Position numbers and translations under genes: made by a program
Assembly (NCBI GenBank): GCA_038245295.1
Contig: JBBRSP010000002.1
Location: forward strand, 96,001-160,000
Length of the DNA: 64,000 nucleotides
Direction of reading: 5' to 3'
From: Candidatus Binatia bacterium
Lineage (GTDB): Bacteria > Desulfobacterota > Binatia > HRBIN30
Notes under the pieces: generated by a model
Seen by the model: the letters and a program-made list of their open reading frames with translations, nothing else
Told to the model about the DNA's origin: nothing
Databases searched by the model: none
Shown here: positions 9,987 to 19,318 of the stretch, piece after piece
Layout of the letters: each line of letters opens with the position of its first letter
How positions within the stretch are numbered: position 1 is the first letter of the stretch

Positions 9987-11399
9987 TCACGCGCTGCGGA
10001 TCAGATGCTCGGCCGCGAGCTCGCCGGAGTGGACACAGTCGGGAACGCCGACGCCGCGGTAGGCGCTGCCGGCAAGGGCCAAGTTTGGCAATCCGCCGAC
10101 AAGGGAATCGATGCGCTGGACGCGATCGAGATGGCCAACATGATACTGCGGCATGGCGCGGGCGTGGCGGTGGACGCGCGACAGAATTGGCTCGCTCTTG
10201 ATGCCGAGCAGCGCCTGCATCTCGGCTCGCACACTTGCCACCATCGACGCATCATCCTGCTCGAACATTTGCTGCTGCATGGCGCCGCCGACGAAGGAGC
10301 GCAGCAGGACATGGCCTTCCGGAGCCCGCCCCGCATACTTCACGCTGCTGTAGGTACACGCAACGATGGAGCGTGCTTCGACGAGCGGAACAACGAAGCC
10401 GAACCCACCGAGTGGGCGAGGGATCTGGTCGGCGCGATACGCCAGGTTTACGGTTGCCGACGACGCATAGGAGATGCCGCGTAGCTCCTCCGCAAGCGAT
10501 CGCGATGACGCTTCGAGAAGCTGAGCACTGGCATACGTTGGCGTCGCGAGGATCAGCCCGTCGGCGACGACACTCTCGCCGTCGGTCGTGCGTAGATGCC
10601 ACTGGCGATTGAAACTCATCCCTTCGACCGCGGCGCGCGTGCGGATCGCTCCCTCGGGTAAACGCGCCGCCAGGGTATCGGTCAACGCCTGCATGCCGTC
10701 GTCGACGCTGACGAACAAACTCCAGCGTGCCCCGCTGGTGCCGCGGTTGGCGGCCATGCGTCGCTGCTGCGACCACATCGTCCAGATGATGCTACGCTTG
10801 GTGCGCTCCATCTCCAGAAAACGCGGCATGGTCGCGGCCAGGCTGAGGGTGTCCGGATCCGCGGTATAGATGCCGCCGACCAGCGGTTGTGCGACGCGTT
10901 CCAGCGCCTCACGCCCGAGGCGTCGCGTCACGAAAGAGCCCAGACTTTCATCCTTGCTCTCCGGCCCGCGCGGCAACACCAGGTCGAGTGCCATGCGCAA
11001 CTTTCCCGGCCACGAAAAGAGCCGAGTCGTCAGCAGCGGCCAGAACTGCGTCGGCGCCAGCAGCAGAAAGCCGTCGGGAAGCGCATGCAGCTTGCCGTTG
11101 TGAACGATGTACGTGCGACGAAAACCATCCTGTGTGCCGATCAACCGTGAGTTGAAGCCGATGCGCTCGCAGAGACTGAGCGCCCAGGGCTTCTCGGAGA
11201 TGAACGAGTCGGGACCACCTTCGATCGTGAAGCCATCGACGTGTTCGGTACTGATCGAACCACCGGTGCGTTTCCCTGCTTCAAGGAGGGTCAGCTCGAT
11301 CGGCACGCCGCGCTCGCGGCTGAGCTCGACGACCCGGTGAGCCGCCGACAACCCGGCAATGCCGCCGCCGACAACCACGATTCGGCGCGGTGCCGTCAT
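9987..11399 (-). CDS. hemY: Protoporphyrinogen/coproporphyrinogen oxidase, HemY family
   Basis: VVGGGIAGLSAA FAD motif, EGGPDSF, PLVGGIY, AMPQYHVGH, GVGVPDC; downstream of hemE. Confidence 0.9.
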   Translation of the reverse strand: MTAPRRIVVVGGGIAGLSAAHRVVELSRERGVPIELTLLEAGKRTGGSISTEHVDGFTIEGGPDSFISEKPWALSLCERIGFNSRLIGTQDGFRRTYIVHNGKLHALPDGFLLLAPTQFWPLLTTRLFSWPGKLRMALDLVLPRGPESKDESLGSFVTRRLGREALERVAQPLVGGIYTADPDTLSLAATMPRFLEMERTKRSIIWTMWSQQRRMAANRGTSGARWSLFVSVDDGMQALTDTLAARLPEGAIRTRAAVEGMSFNRQWHLRTTDGESVVADGLILATPTYASAQLLEASSRSLAEELRGISYASSATVNLAYRADQIPRPLGGFGFVVPLVEARSIVACTYSSVKYAGRAPEGHVLLRSFVGGAMQQQMFEQDDASMVASVRAEMQALLGIKSEPILSRVHRHARAMPQYHVGHLDRVQRIDSLVGGLPNLALAGSAYRGVGVPDCVHSGELAAEHLIRSA

Positions 11400-11455
11400 G
11401 GCTTCTCCGACCCGACCGCCTCAAGGGCGGCGAATGAGGGGGACATGAAGTCTTC

Positions 11456-12478
11456 TTAGCGGTGAGTCATCTCGTGGACCATGTCCACGAGAGCGATGAC
11501 ATGATCGACCGGGGTCTTGGGCAGGATGCCGTGACCGAGGTTGAAAATATGCCCAGGACGTCCCGCCGCAGCGTCGAGGATCGCTTTCACCTGTGTACGA
11601 ATTTCAGCGATCGGCGCGAACAGCGTCACCGGGTCGAGATTACCTTGCACCGCCACGTCGTGGCCGACCTTGCCCCAGCCCTCGGCGAGATCGATGCGCC
11701 AATCGAGACCAACGACATCGCTGCCGCAATCACGCAGCAGCGGCAGCAGTCCGTTCGTGCCGGTACCGAAGTAGATCACCGGCACTTCGCGGCGCAGCAA
11801 GCCGATCAGGCGCTTCATGTGTGGCAGAACGAAACGCGCATAGTCGAGCGGCGACAAACAACCCACCCAGCTGTCGAAGATCTGCAACGCATCGGCACCG
11901 GCGTCGATCTGCGCGTTGAGATACGCCGCGACGGCGTCGCTAAGCGTGGTCATCAAATGGTTCCAAGCGTCCGGCGCCTCGTACATCAGCTTCTTGGTGT
12001 GGACATAGTTTCGCGACCCGCCGCCTTCGATCATGTACGAGGCCAGCGTGAACGGCGCACCAGAGAAACCGATGAGCGGCACCTTGAGCCCAGCGCGCGC
12101 CTTGCGCACAGCATCGTAGACAAACGGCACAGCGGCGGCGGCATCCACCTTGGGCAGGCGCGCGATATCCTCCGGCGAACGTACGGGATGATGCAGCACC
12201 GGGCCGTCGCCTTCGGAGAATTCCAGGCCGATACCGAATGGTTCGAGGATCAACAGAATGTCGGCAAAGATGATGGCCGCATCGACGCCGAGACGTTCGA
12301 CGGCGGTAACCGTAACTTCTGCCGCGGCATCGGCGTCTTTGCACAGATCAAGAAACGAATAACGCGACCGCACAGCCCGATACTCGGGCATGTAACGCCC
12401 AGCCTGCCGCATCAACCAAAGCGGCGTGTAGGGAACGGATTGGCGGCGGCAAGCGCGTAGGAAAGGTGCGTCTTTCAA
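11456..12478 (-). CDS. hemE: Uroporphyrinogen decarboxylase
   Basis: PLWLMRQAGRYMPEY, AIIFADIL, LIGFSGAPFTLASY, VQGNLDP, IFNLGHGI. Confidence 0.97.
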   Translation of the reverse strand: MKDAPFLRACRRQSVPYTPLWLMRQAGRYMPEYRAVRSRYSFLDLCKDADAAAEVTVTAVERLGVDAAIIFADILLILEPFGIGLEFSEGDGPVLHHPVRSPEDIARLPKVDAAAAVPFVYDAVRKARAGLKVPLIGFSGAPFTLASYMIEGGGSRNYVHTKKLMYEAPDAWNHLMTTLSDAVAAYLNAQIDAGADALQIFDSWVGCLSPLDYARFVLPHMKRLIGLLRREVPVIYFGTGTNGLLPLLRDCGSDVVGLDWRIDLAEGWGKVGHDVAVQGNLDPVTLFAPIAEIRTQVKAILDAAAGRPGHIFNLGHGILPKTPVDHVIALVDMVHEMTHR

Positions 12479-12568
12479 GATGCGTCGGTGCTAGGCCAGG
12501 TCCAAGGACGGGTCAAGTGTCCGGCTCCCTGGGTCCATGTCACTCGACGTGCATTGTGGTCCTGGGTG

Positions 12569-13136
12569 GTAGGCGCACGGCTTTAGCCTGCGCTAGGCGT
12601 CGTGAACACGGGATTGTGACGGACCGGCATCGAGGCGGTGAGGTAGGCGCAGGTCTTTAGCCACGCCGGATAGAGCGTTCAGCATGGGTATTCCGCCGCC
12701 AGCTAAAGCTTGCGCCTACCCGCGACCCTCCATGCCGGGCGGGTGTCGATCGCACGGCACGGAGGGGAGCGGAGCATCCGAGTTGCGTGGACGCGACACG
12801 TTCAAGCCGCTTTAGGCGTGTCGCCCGGCACGTTGGCGTGTTCGTCCACTGTCGCGTCACTCGACTTCGGCAGGTTCACCGTCCGCGCCGCAAGCGGCAA
12901 CGCCGAACCAGGCTCTATATCCCATTGTCCATTGTCGGCAGTCGGTTCTGGGTCGTCGGTCTTCCATTCGTTCGAGCCTGATTGTCCTAAGCCTAAGTAC
13001 TCGGTTTTATAAGTTCGGCGACGTATTTCGCGGCTGTTCGGAAGCATTGGGCTCACGCGCCGCAAGCTGAAGCCTGCGCCTACCAGACTGAGTACGCAGC
13101 CTAAAGCGGACCGGTAGGCGCAGGCTTTAGACTGCG
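12569..13136. repeat. Cluster of GTAG-type REP elements (GTAGGCGCAGG..TTAGCCTGCG) in both orientations
   Basis: Copies at about 12569, 12643, 12701-12720 (rev), 13061-13084 (rev), 13114; further copies at 13997-14022, 34372-34390 and 62397-62559. Confidence 0.85.
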
Positions 13137-13284
13137 GAGGGCGGTTGCGGATACGTCACCGTACCTGCGCCGAACAGTACTAAGATATGCCGATTAGGGG
13201 GATGCGGTTGCGATTCTCGCAATTCTCCGGGACCGCGGAATCAAATTCGAATCAGAGCGCTCGAAGTGGTATCTTTGACAAAGG

Positions 13285-13545
13285 ATGAGTAACGACACCG
13301 AGGCCATCCGGTTGGCTCGCACGTATGTCTGGTGGCAAGAGCCCGCTGCCACCCTGGTCGCGCCGCACACGCTGCTGTGTCAGATCCTCAAGCTTGGGCG
13401 TACCGAGGACTTTGTTGCCGCCGAAAACATATGGGGCCGCGCCGCCCTTCTGGACGCGCTACAGAGTGCGCGACATGGCGAGATTGACCCCAAATCGGAA
13501 CACTTCTGGCGTCTCTGGTTCAGGTTGGAAGCCAACCACCCATGA
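13285..13545 (+). CDS. Small putative antitoxin partner of an AbiEii-type nucleotidyltransferase
   Basis: 86 aa; LARTYVWW..QILKLG..IDPKSEHFWR pattern; ATGA overlap with the downstream nucleotidyltransferase. Confidence 0.6.
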   Translation: MSNDTEAIRLARTYVWWQEPAATLVAPHTLLCQILKLGRTEDFVAAENIWGRAALLDALQSARHGEIDPKSEHFWRLWFRLEANHP

Positions 13546-13845
13546 TGCACCTGGAGATCTACCGCCACCACAGCTGGCGTTCTGGCGGGAGGACGCGCCG
13601 GCGCTGCCGCGTCGATGGGTTCTCTATGGCGGAACGGGGATCGCGCTGCAGCTTGGCCATCGAACCTCGGTCGACTTCGATTTCTTCTCTAGCGATTCCC
13701 TTGATCGTCAAGCCGTGCGTCGTTCGTCGGCGATCCTACGCGAGGCCAAGACGATACAAGAGGCTCCCGACACGTTGACGGTCGTTGCTGAAAAGAATGG
13801 CCTACCGATCAAGCTCTCCTTCTTCGGCGGAATCGATTTCGGCCG
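13542..13845 (+). pseudogene. AbiEii/AbiGii-family nucleotidyltransferase toxin, frameshifted and 3'-truncated
   Basis: MMHLEI then a frameshift at about 13560 into LPPPQ..VLYGGTGIALQLGHRTSVDFDFF; recognisable similarity stops after KLSFFGGIDFGR at a repeat element. Confidence 0.8.
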
Positions 13846-13851
13846 CCATCG

Positions 13852-13880
13852 GCGGCGGCGTGAGGGCACGCCGACTCCGT
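13852..13880. repeat. REP-like element, inverted copy of 14937-14965
   Basis: GCGGCGGCGTGAGGGCACGCCGACTCCGT matches the reverse complement of 14937-14965 at 28/29 positions. Confidence 0.8.
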
Positions 13881-14032
13881 TCATACGAAACGCGATAAGT
13901 GCCGGCATTGGATCGATGGGCGCTTGGCGTGTTGGCCTTACGTCTCGCCGCGATCGGCAAGATAACCTTACGCCGGTCAGCCGCGTAGCCACCCCGGCGC
14001 AGGCTAAAGGACCTGCGCCTACCCTCGTCTCC

Positions 14033-14848
14033 TCAATCGGCGGCGTTCGAATGGTGCGTCCGCTCGGCAGCGCAGCGGACCAGCTGGCCCATCTTGCCCT
14101 GATCCGGCTCGAAGGTCGGCGTCAGCCCGTGCTCGCGTAGCGCCTCGGAGCACACCGGCCCAATCGAGCCGATCTCGACTTTGGCGAAGGCGGCGCGCAA
14201 GAGGTCGGCTGATTCGGCGACTTGGAACAGGTGGTAGACCTGCGTTGCACTGGTGAACAACGCCACGTCGATCTCGCCTCGCAGGATGGCGGCGATGGCG
14301 TTGCGCAGCGGCGTCAGGTCTTCCGGTAAAGCCCATGTGTAGATCGGCACACGCGCCACGGAGGCCCCACGCTCGCGCAAGCCGTCGAGAAAGGCGGCGT
14401 TTGTCGCACCGTATTCCTGCACGGCCACACGTTTACCGGCAACCGGGCACTGCGCATCGAGCGTCTGCAGAACCTCGCGCCAGGTGTTCGGTGCCGGCAC
14501 GGCAATGGAAGGAGCCAGGCCAATCTCGCGCAGCGCGGCGACGGGTTTGGGTCCACGCGCCACTGTCGTCACCGCACCAAGAGCCGGCGCCACACGCTCC
14601 GCCGGCCAACTCGTCGCCACACTCTTCAACAATGTGCGCAGGCCGACGCCGGTCATCAGGATGACGATGTCGAGCTTGCCGGCCTCGAGCTCGGCGAGAT
14701 GGGCCAAGGCCTCGTGTGGATCGGCGAGCGGCAATTCGCGTAACGCCGGCGCCGATACCGGCTCGCCGCCGTGACGGCGGATCAGCTCGGCCATCTCGAC
14801 GGCGCGGCGACTTTCGAAGGCGAGCACGCGTAATCCGGAGAAACCCAT
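14033..14848 (-). CDS. hemD: Uroporphyrinogen-III synthase
   Basis: LAFESRRA, ILMTGVG, VARGPKP, VAVQEYG, FTSATQV, SIGPVCSEAL; same strand as hemE. Confidence 0.9.
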   Translation of the reverse strand: MGFSGLRVLAFESRRAVEMAELIRRHGGEPVSAPALRELPLADPHEALAHLAELEAGKLDIVILMTGVGLRTLLKSVATSWPAERVAPALGAVTTVARGPKPVAALREIGLAPSIAVPAPNTWREVLQTLDAQCPVAGKRVAVQEYGATNAAFLDGLRERGASVARVPIYTWALPEDLTPLRNAIAAILRGEIDVALFTSATQVYHLFQVAESADLLRAAFAKVEIGSIGPVCSEALREHGLTPTFEPDQGKMGQLVRCAAERTHHSNAAD

Positions 14849-14868
14849 GATCTGTCGGTCATGCCGCT

Positions 14869-15226
14869 ATTTGGCCGGTTTGTCATCTGGCCATCTGGCC
14901 ATGTAGCGGCTGTGCCCGGTAATTGCATTCGTCTGGACGGAGTCGGTGTGCCCTCACGCCGCCGCAGACGGATCGTCTCAAAGCTGCCTGGATTTGTTGA
15001 GGATGATCCGCCGACCGCGGGCTGGTGGCAGCCCGACTCCGTTCTGCACAACGCTGAAAACGAACTGCCGGGCAAAGCCCCATTTAGCCATTTGGTCATT
15101 TGGCCATTTGCGTTGGTGGCACCACCTGGCCAGATGTGTTGGTGGCTCCATGCGCTCATGCCCAAATGGCAAACCGGCCAAATGGCTACATGGCCCAATG
15201 GCAAAATGGCGAGATGGCCAAATGAT
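14869..15226. repeat. Octamer (GCCAAATG / CATTTGGC) short tandem arrays, partly inverted
   Basis: Arrays at about 14869-14902 and 15081-15110 (reverse) and 15162-15226 (forward); also 3618-3645 and 59320-59476. Confidence 0.75.
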
Positions 15227-15705
15227 CAGGCCGCCAGCTCCATCTCCAGGCGCATCTCATTCGTCGGCATGAAGCCCATCGCAGCATACAAGGGCTGGCC
15301 GGCGGCCGAGGCGTGCAGGGCGATGCGCGTAACGTGTTGCCCGCGGCACCACTCGACGATCGATTCCATCAGCAGGCGCGCCACGCCGCGGCGGCGATAT
15401 TCGGGCTCGGTGTAGACGTTGTAGACGTATGCCTCGCTTACCTGACGCTGCTGCTGCGGGCGTGGCTGCAGGAAGCGCATCGTCAGTCCGCCACCCGCCA
15501 CCACGACGCTGCCGGCTTCGACGAACCAGCCGCGATACTCGTGACGCGACAGCGCCAGATGTACGCTGGGTTCGCAGAGCTTGGCGAACGCCTCGACACG
15601 CGTGGCGTCGAGCAGCTGCATGTCGCGAAACATCGCGGCACGATGGTAGGAAACGATGGCGGCCTCATCGGGCCGCGCCAACCGAATGGTGAGTGACGGG
15701 TCCAT
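15226..15705 (-). CDS. GNAT family N-acetyltransferase
   Basis: Motif A NVYTEPEYRRRGVA; LHAS..G..LY..MGF. Confidence 0.9.
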   Translation of the reverse strand: MDPSLTIRLARPDEAAIVSYHRAAMFRDMQLLDATRVEAFAKLCEPSVHLALSRHEYRGWFVEAGSVVVAGGGLTMRFLQPRPQQQRQVSEAYVYNVYTEPEYRRRGVARLLMESIVEWCRGQHVTRIALHASAAGQPLYAAMGFMPTNEMRLEMELAA

Positions 15706-15942
15706 GCCGCTTGAGTATCACGGCGGACTTTGTCGAAGGAAGATTCTGGGCGGCGCTGCGTTTCAACGTTCGACGAAGTACTCTGGTTCATACCTTCCGC
15801 GACGTATTTCGCAGCTGTTCGGAAGCGTTGCATGACCGGCTCATCATGAGAGCCCGACCGGCGATAGCGCCGCCTTGGCGAGGCCATGAAGCTGAGGCCC
15901 ACAGACTTCGATAGCCCCTTCTATTTTCTGGGTTAAAAGCGG

Positions 15943-16083
15943 CCCCTCTCCCACTTCGAGCGGAATCTCGGAGCGTGGGAGAGGGTCGGGGTGAGGGCCC
16001 GCTTCTGAGTCCACAGGCCCAAACCCTCACCCTAACCCTCACCCTCTCCCAGAGGTTGCCGAACCGTTCGAGCTGGGAGAGGG
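15943..16083. repeat. CCCTCTCCC..GGGAGAGGG / GGGTGAGGG..CCCTCACCC composite palindromic repeat
   Basis: Same architecture at 52903-52960 and 56311-56445. Confidence 0.8.
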
Positions 16084-16287
16084 AACTAGTGCTTCCGCAG
16101 GCAAGTTCGGCCAAACCGAACCAGGATGAGCCCGGGTCAGATCATGTTCATGGCAGCCTGTCGGATACCCCACCGTATTTGTGCCGAACACTACTAAGGT
16201 TGACGAGGGTAGGCGTCTTGGGTCGCCCGATCGCCCACGCGCCACGCGGTTGCGTCAGCGCGGTGAAAACTCGATAGAAGGCATCGT

Positions 16288-17481
16288 ATGCAAATCGATC
16301 CGGCCGCCACCGACGTCGTCATCACCGGCATCGGCGTGGTCTCGCCGTTTGGTGGCGCGCACGATCTGGCCGGCAAGGTCGCCGCCGGGGCAACCGCCGT
16401 GCGTCGGCTCGACGGCTTCCCCAACGCTTCGGGCGCGCCGATCCGCGACATTCCCCTCGATCATCTGCCGGCCGACAATCGTACGCGCATCGGACGCCTT
16501 GATCGGCTGTGCCGGTTGTTCCTGGCGGCGGCGTTCGAAGCGGTGCAGAGCGCCGACCTCGACATCGCCCGGCAGGCGGATCGGGTCGGGCTTTCGTTTG
16601 GCACCGGACTCGGTTGCCTGCTCAGCAACGCTGAGTACTTCGAAAAAGTGGTGGCGCAAGGACCGGCGGCGGCCAGCCCGCGCGTCTTCGCGTACACCGT
16701 TTCCAATGCCGCGGCCGGAGAAGTCTCGATCGCCCTTGGTATCCACGGCGCCAACATCACCTCGCATGCCGGCCTTGCCGCCGGCCTTCAGGCTATTGGC
16801 TACGGCGCCGACCTGATTCGCCTCGGCAAGGCCGACGTGGTGCTCGCCGGCGGCGCCGATGCGCTCGGCGAAGCGCTGCTGCGCGGCTTGTCCGACCTGG
16901 GTGTGCTGCGTGATGCAAGCCCGCCTTTCCGCGGCAACCGACCCGGGTTCTGTCCATCCGAAGGCGCCGCCGTGTTCATCCTCGAGCGAGCTGATCTTGT
17001 CCACCAACGTGGCCAACCGCCTTTGGCGCGCCTCGCCGGCTATGCCGCCGGTTTCGAACCAACACTGACGCAACCGATGCGACAGACCGAGGGCCTCATC
17101 GCAACGCTACGGCGCGCCTTGGAGCACAGTCGCTGCAACGCAGCAGATATCGGCGCCGTCTTCACCAGCGCTCACGGCGGGGCTCTCGATGAAATCGAAC
17201 GACAGGCGCTCGCCGCGGTGTTCGAAGCACCGACAATGCTGCTGACGCCGAAGGCGAACCTCGGCGAAGCCTTCGGCGCCAGCGGCCTGCTGGCGATGTC
17301 GTTGGCACTCGACTGGCTTGGAAATATGCCAGCGTTCACAGCCGGCGTGGCCTCAGATCTTCACGGCGACGGACTCGCTGCCGCAATCGCCACGACGCGT
17401 TGGCAACAAGCGCGGCGCGTCATGATCCATTCCCTCTGTTACGCCGGCCCGAGCGTGGCGTTGGTGCTCGCACGCGTGTAG
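16288..17481 (+). CDS. Beta-ketoacyl synthase-like protein lacking the catalytic Cys (chain-length-factor-like)
   Basis: VVITGIGVVSPFG, SPRVFAYTVSNAAAG, EGAAVFILE; TACxS replaced by HAGLAA; second His replaced (NLGEA). Confidence 0.8.
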   Translation: MQIDPAATDVVITGIGVVSPFGGAHDLAGKVAAGATAVRRLDGFPNASGAPIRDIPLDHLPADNRTRIGRLDRLCRLFLAAAFEAVQSADLDIARQADRVGLSFGTGLGCLLSNAEYFEKVVAQGPAAASPRVFAYTVSNAAAGEVSIALGIHGANITSHAGLAAGLQAIGYGADLIRLGKADVVLAGGADALGEALLRGLSDLGVLRDASPPFRGNRPGFCPSEGAAVFILERADLVHQRGQPPLARLAGYAAGFEPTLTQPMRQTEGLIATLRRALEHSRCNAADIGAVFTSAHGGALDEIERQALAAVFEAPTMLLTPKANLGEAFGASGLLAMSLALDWLGNMPAFTAGVASDLHGDGLAAAIATTRWQQARRVMIHSLCYAGPSVALVLARV

Positions 17482-18335
17482 CGAACCTCGGCCGGCATCG
17501 TCGCATCCACCTGTGCCGCGAACACTTCGCGAATCGGCGCGAACGTCGTACGGCGCAGCAGCTCAGCCAGGCGTTCGGCGGTGAAGTCGCGGCCGAAGCG
17601 CAACAGCCAGCGACCCGCCAGCGGCGCTGTCGGTGAGTCGACATCGAGCTCCCAGGGGTGGAGGTAGAAAACCGCCGGGCCGACGTCCTGCTCAAACGTT
17701 CGCATCAGTTGGTCAACACGATCGACACCGAGGAAGCGCAGGCCGCCGCCACTCGCGAGGGGCAAGTAGTAGAGGCCGGCAACGCGCAGCATCGCCACCG
17801 GAATCTCGAGCAAACCATTGGCGTGACGGAACGGGTGACGCGAACGGATCAAATGGAAGTTGCCGCTGCGGTGTTTGGTGCTGAGCATACTCGAGTCGTA
17901 GATGATGCCGGCGCTTTGTAGCGCGTCGACGTAGGCCGGCGGCGCGTCATGGATGGAAAAATACGGGGCGCGGTAACCAAGCACCTTGGTGCCGGTAATA
18001 CTTTCCAACAGAGCAACGGAGCTCGCCACGTCTTCCTCGAGAGCGCGCGGTGAGAACTGCGTTACAGGACGATGGCGAAAGCCGTGGCTGGCGATTTCAT
18101 GTCCGGCCGCGGCGACATCCCGCACCAGTTGAGGAAAATGTTCGGCAACTTCGCCGAGGAAGAAGAACGTGGCGCGCGCGCCACGCGCGGCGAAAAGTTC
18201 GAGCAGACGGTATGTGTTGAGGTCGACCCGTTCCCCCGGCGGATTTCGCAAGACCACCTCGCTATCGTGGTACCAGTCTTCGACATCGACGCTGAGGGCG
18301 TTCAGGCGACCGGACTCGGCGCCTTGCGTCGTCAC
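17439..18335 (-). CDS. Polysaccharide deacetylase family protein (DUF3473-type)
   Basis: SVDVEDWY, ATFFFLG, HEIASHG..H, GYRAPYFS, FYLHPWELD. Confidence 0.85.
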   Translation of the reverse strand: MTTQGAESGRLNALSVDVEDWYHDSEVVLRNPPGERVDLNTYRLLELFAARGARATFFFLGEVAEHFPQLVRDVAAAGHEIASHGFRHRPVTQFSPRALEEDVASSVALLESITGTKVLGYRAPYFSIHDAPPAYVDALQSAGIIYDSSMLSTKHRSGNFHLIRSRHPFRHANGLLEIPVAMLRVAGLYYLPLASGGGLRFLGVDRVDQLMRTFEQDVGPAVFYLHPWELDVDSPTAPLAGRWLLRFGRDFTAERLAELLRRTTFAPIREVFAAQVDATMPAEVRYTRASTNATLGPA

Positions 18336-19219
18336 CCAACGCCTCCACGCTTGCGCGCAACGAAGGTTCGAAACGGCAACTGCGATCGATCACTCAGCAG
18401 GTCGAACCCGGCGCGGTCGAGCCACGAACCCAAATCGAGATTATGCCAGCGGCGAACCATCGGTTCGTGGATGATACGCGCTAGCGCCGCGAAGTACACA
18501 CCCATAAAACCGGCGCTGCGCCAGAGCCGCCATGGATTGGACTCGCGCCACTGGTCGGGCGATGGCTCGGTAGCCGCCAGCAGCCCACCCGGCTTCAGAA
18601 TGCGCCAGATCTCGCCCAGAACGGCCTCGGCGGCGCGCGGCGCCAACTCATGGAATAGGAAGCAGGCACCGACCGCGTCGAAACGTTCGGCCGCGAAGCC
18701 GGTATCCTCCGCCAAGCCCTGCACGAGCTTGATCCCCGCGGAGCGCCGCGCCGCCTGCCGCAGCAGATACGGCGAGGCGTCGAGGCCCCATACGTCGTCA
18801 ACACCGCGCTGCTGCAACTGGCTCGCGAGCGCCGCGCCGCCACAGCCGAGATCGAGGACACTGCTGCAGCCGCTCAATGCTTCGACGATGTAACCGCGGC
18901 CGCGCGGCATGGTGCCGAGCATCGAGCGATCGAACCAGGCAACGTACGCTTCGGTCATGCGCAGCGAGTAGTTACCATTCGGCAAGTTGTGGAACTCCTG
19001 GAGGAGATAGCTCGGTAGCTCACGCCGCAGCGGCAAATTGGGCGGCAACTCCACCGGACGACGGCGGCCAAAGAGGCGACGCAAGTAGAGGGCCAAATCG
19101 CCGGGTCGGTGAAGGTCCAACCGGTCCGGCCACGCCGGGGGGAGGCTCACCTGCGACCAATCGACGACCTCCGGATCGCTGGGGTAGCCTGGCAACGGCG
19201 CTGAAGAAGCGTCGGACAT
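18332..19219 (-). CDS. Class I SAM-dependent methyltransferase
   Basis: YLLQEFHNLPNGNY N-region, VLDLGCGG, GLDASPYLL, CFLFHEL, ILKPGG; 4-nt overlap with the deacetylase. Confidence 0.85.
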   Translation of the reverse strand: MSDASSAPLPGYPSDPEVVDWSQVSLPPAWPDRLDLHRPGDLALYLRRLFGRRRPVELPPNLPLRRELPSYLLQEFHNLPNGNYSLRMTEAYVAWFDRSMLGTMPRGRGYIVEALSGCSSVLDLGCGGAALASQLQQRGVDDVWGLDASPYLLRQAARRSAGIKLVQGLAEDTGFAAERFDAVGACFLFHELAPRAAEAVLGEIWRILKPGGLLAATEPSPDQWRESNPWRLWRSAGFMGVYFAALARIIHEPMVRRWHNLDLGSWLDRAGFDLLSDRSQLPFRTFVARKRGGVG

Positions 19220-19318
19220 CGGCACGCGGGCTAGCAGAATCAAACGGTCCGTGTCAGCGGCGGCAGCGTCTCCGGTTGCACCTGAGGTCGCGATTCGACT
19301 ATTTCCCAATCCCTACCC

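Noticed and set aside
11462..12460. Long plus-strand ORF opposite hemE (likewise 32020..33498, 34510..35484, 50605..51759, 52946..54499, 59649..60959)
   Set aside because: Antisense shadow ORFs typical of high-GC genes; no recognisable motifs
13325..14140. 271-aa ORF as a full-length toxin
   Set aside because: Only the middle is toxin-like; the start overlaps the antitoxin and the end reads through repeats and antisense hemD
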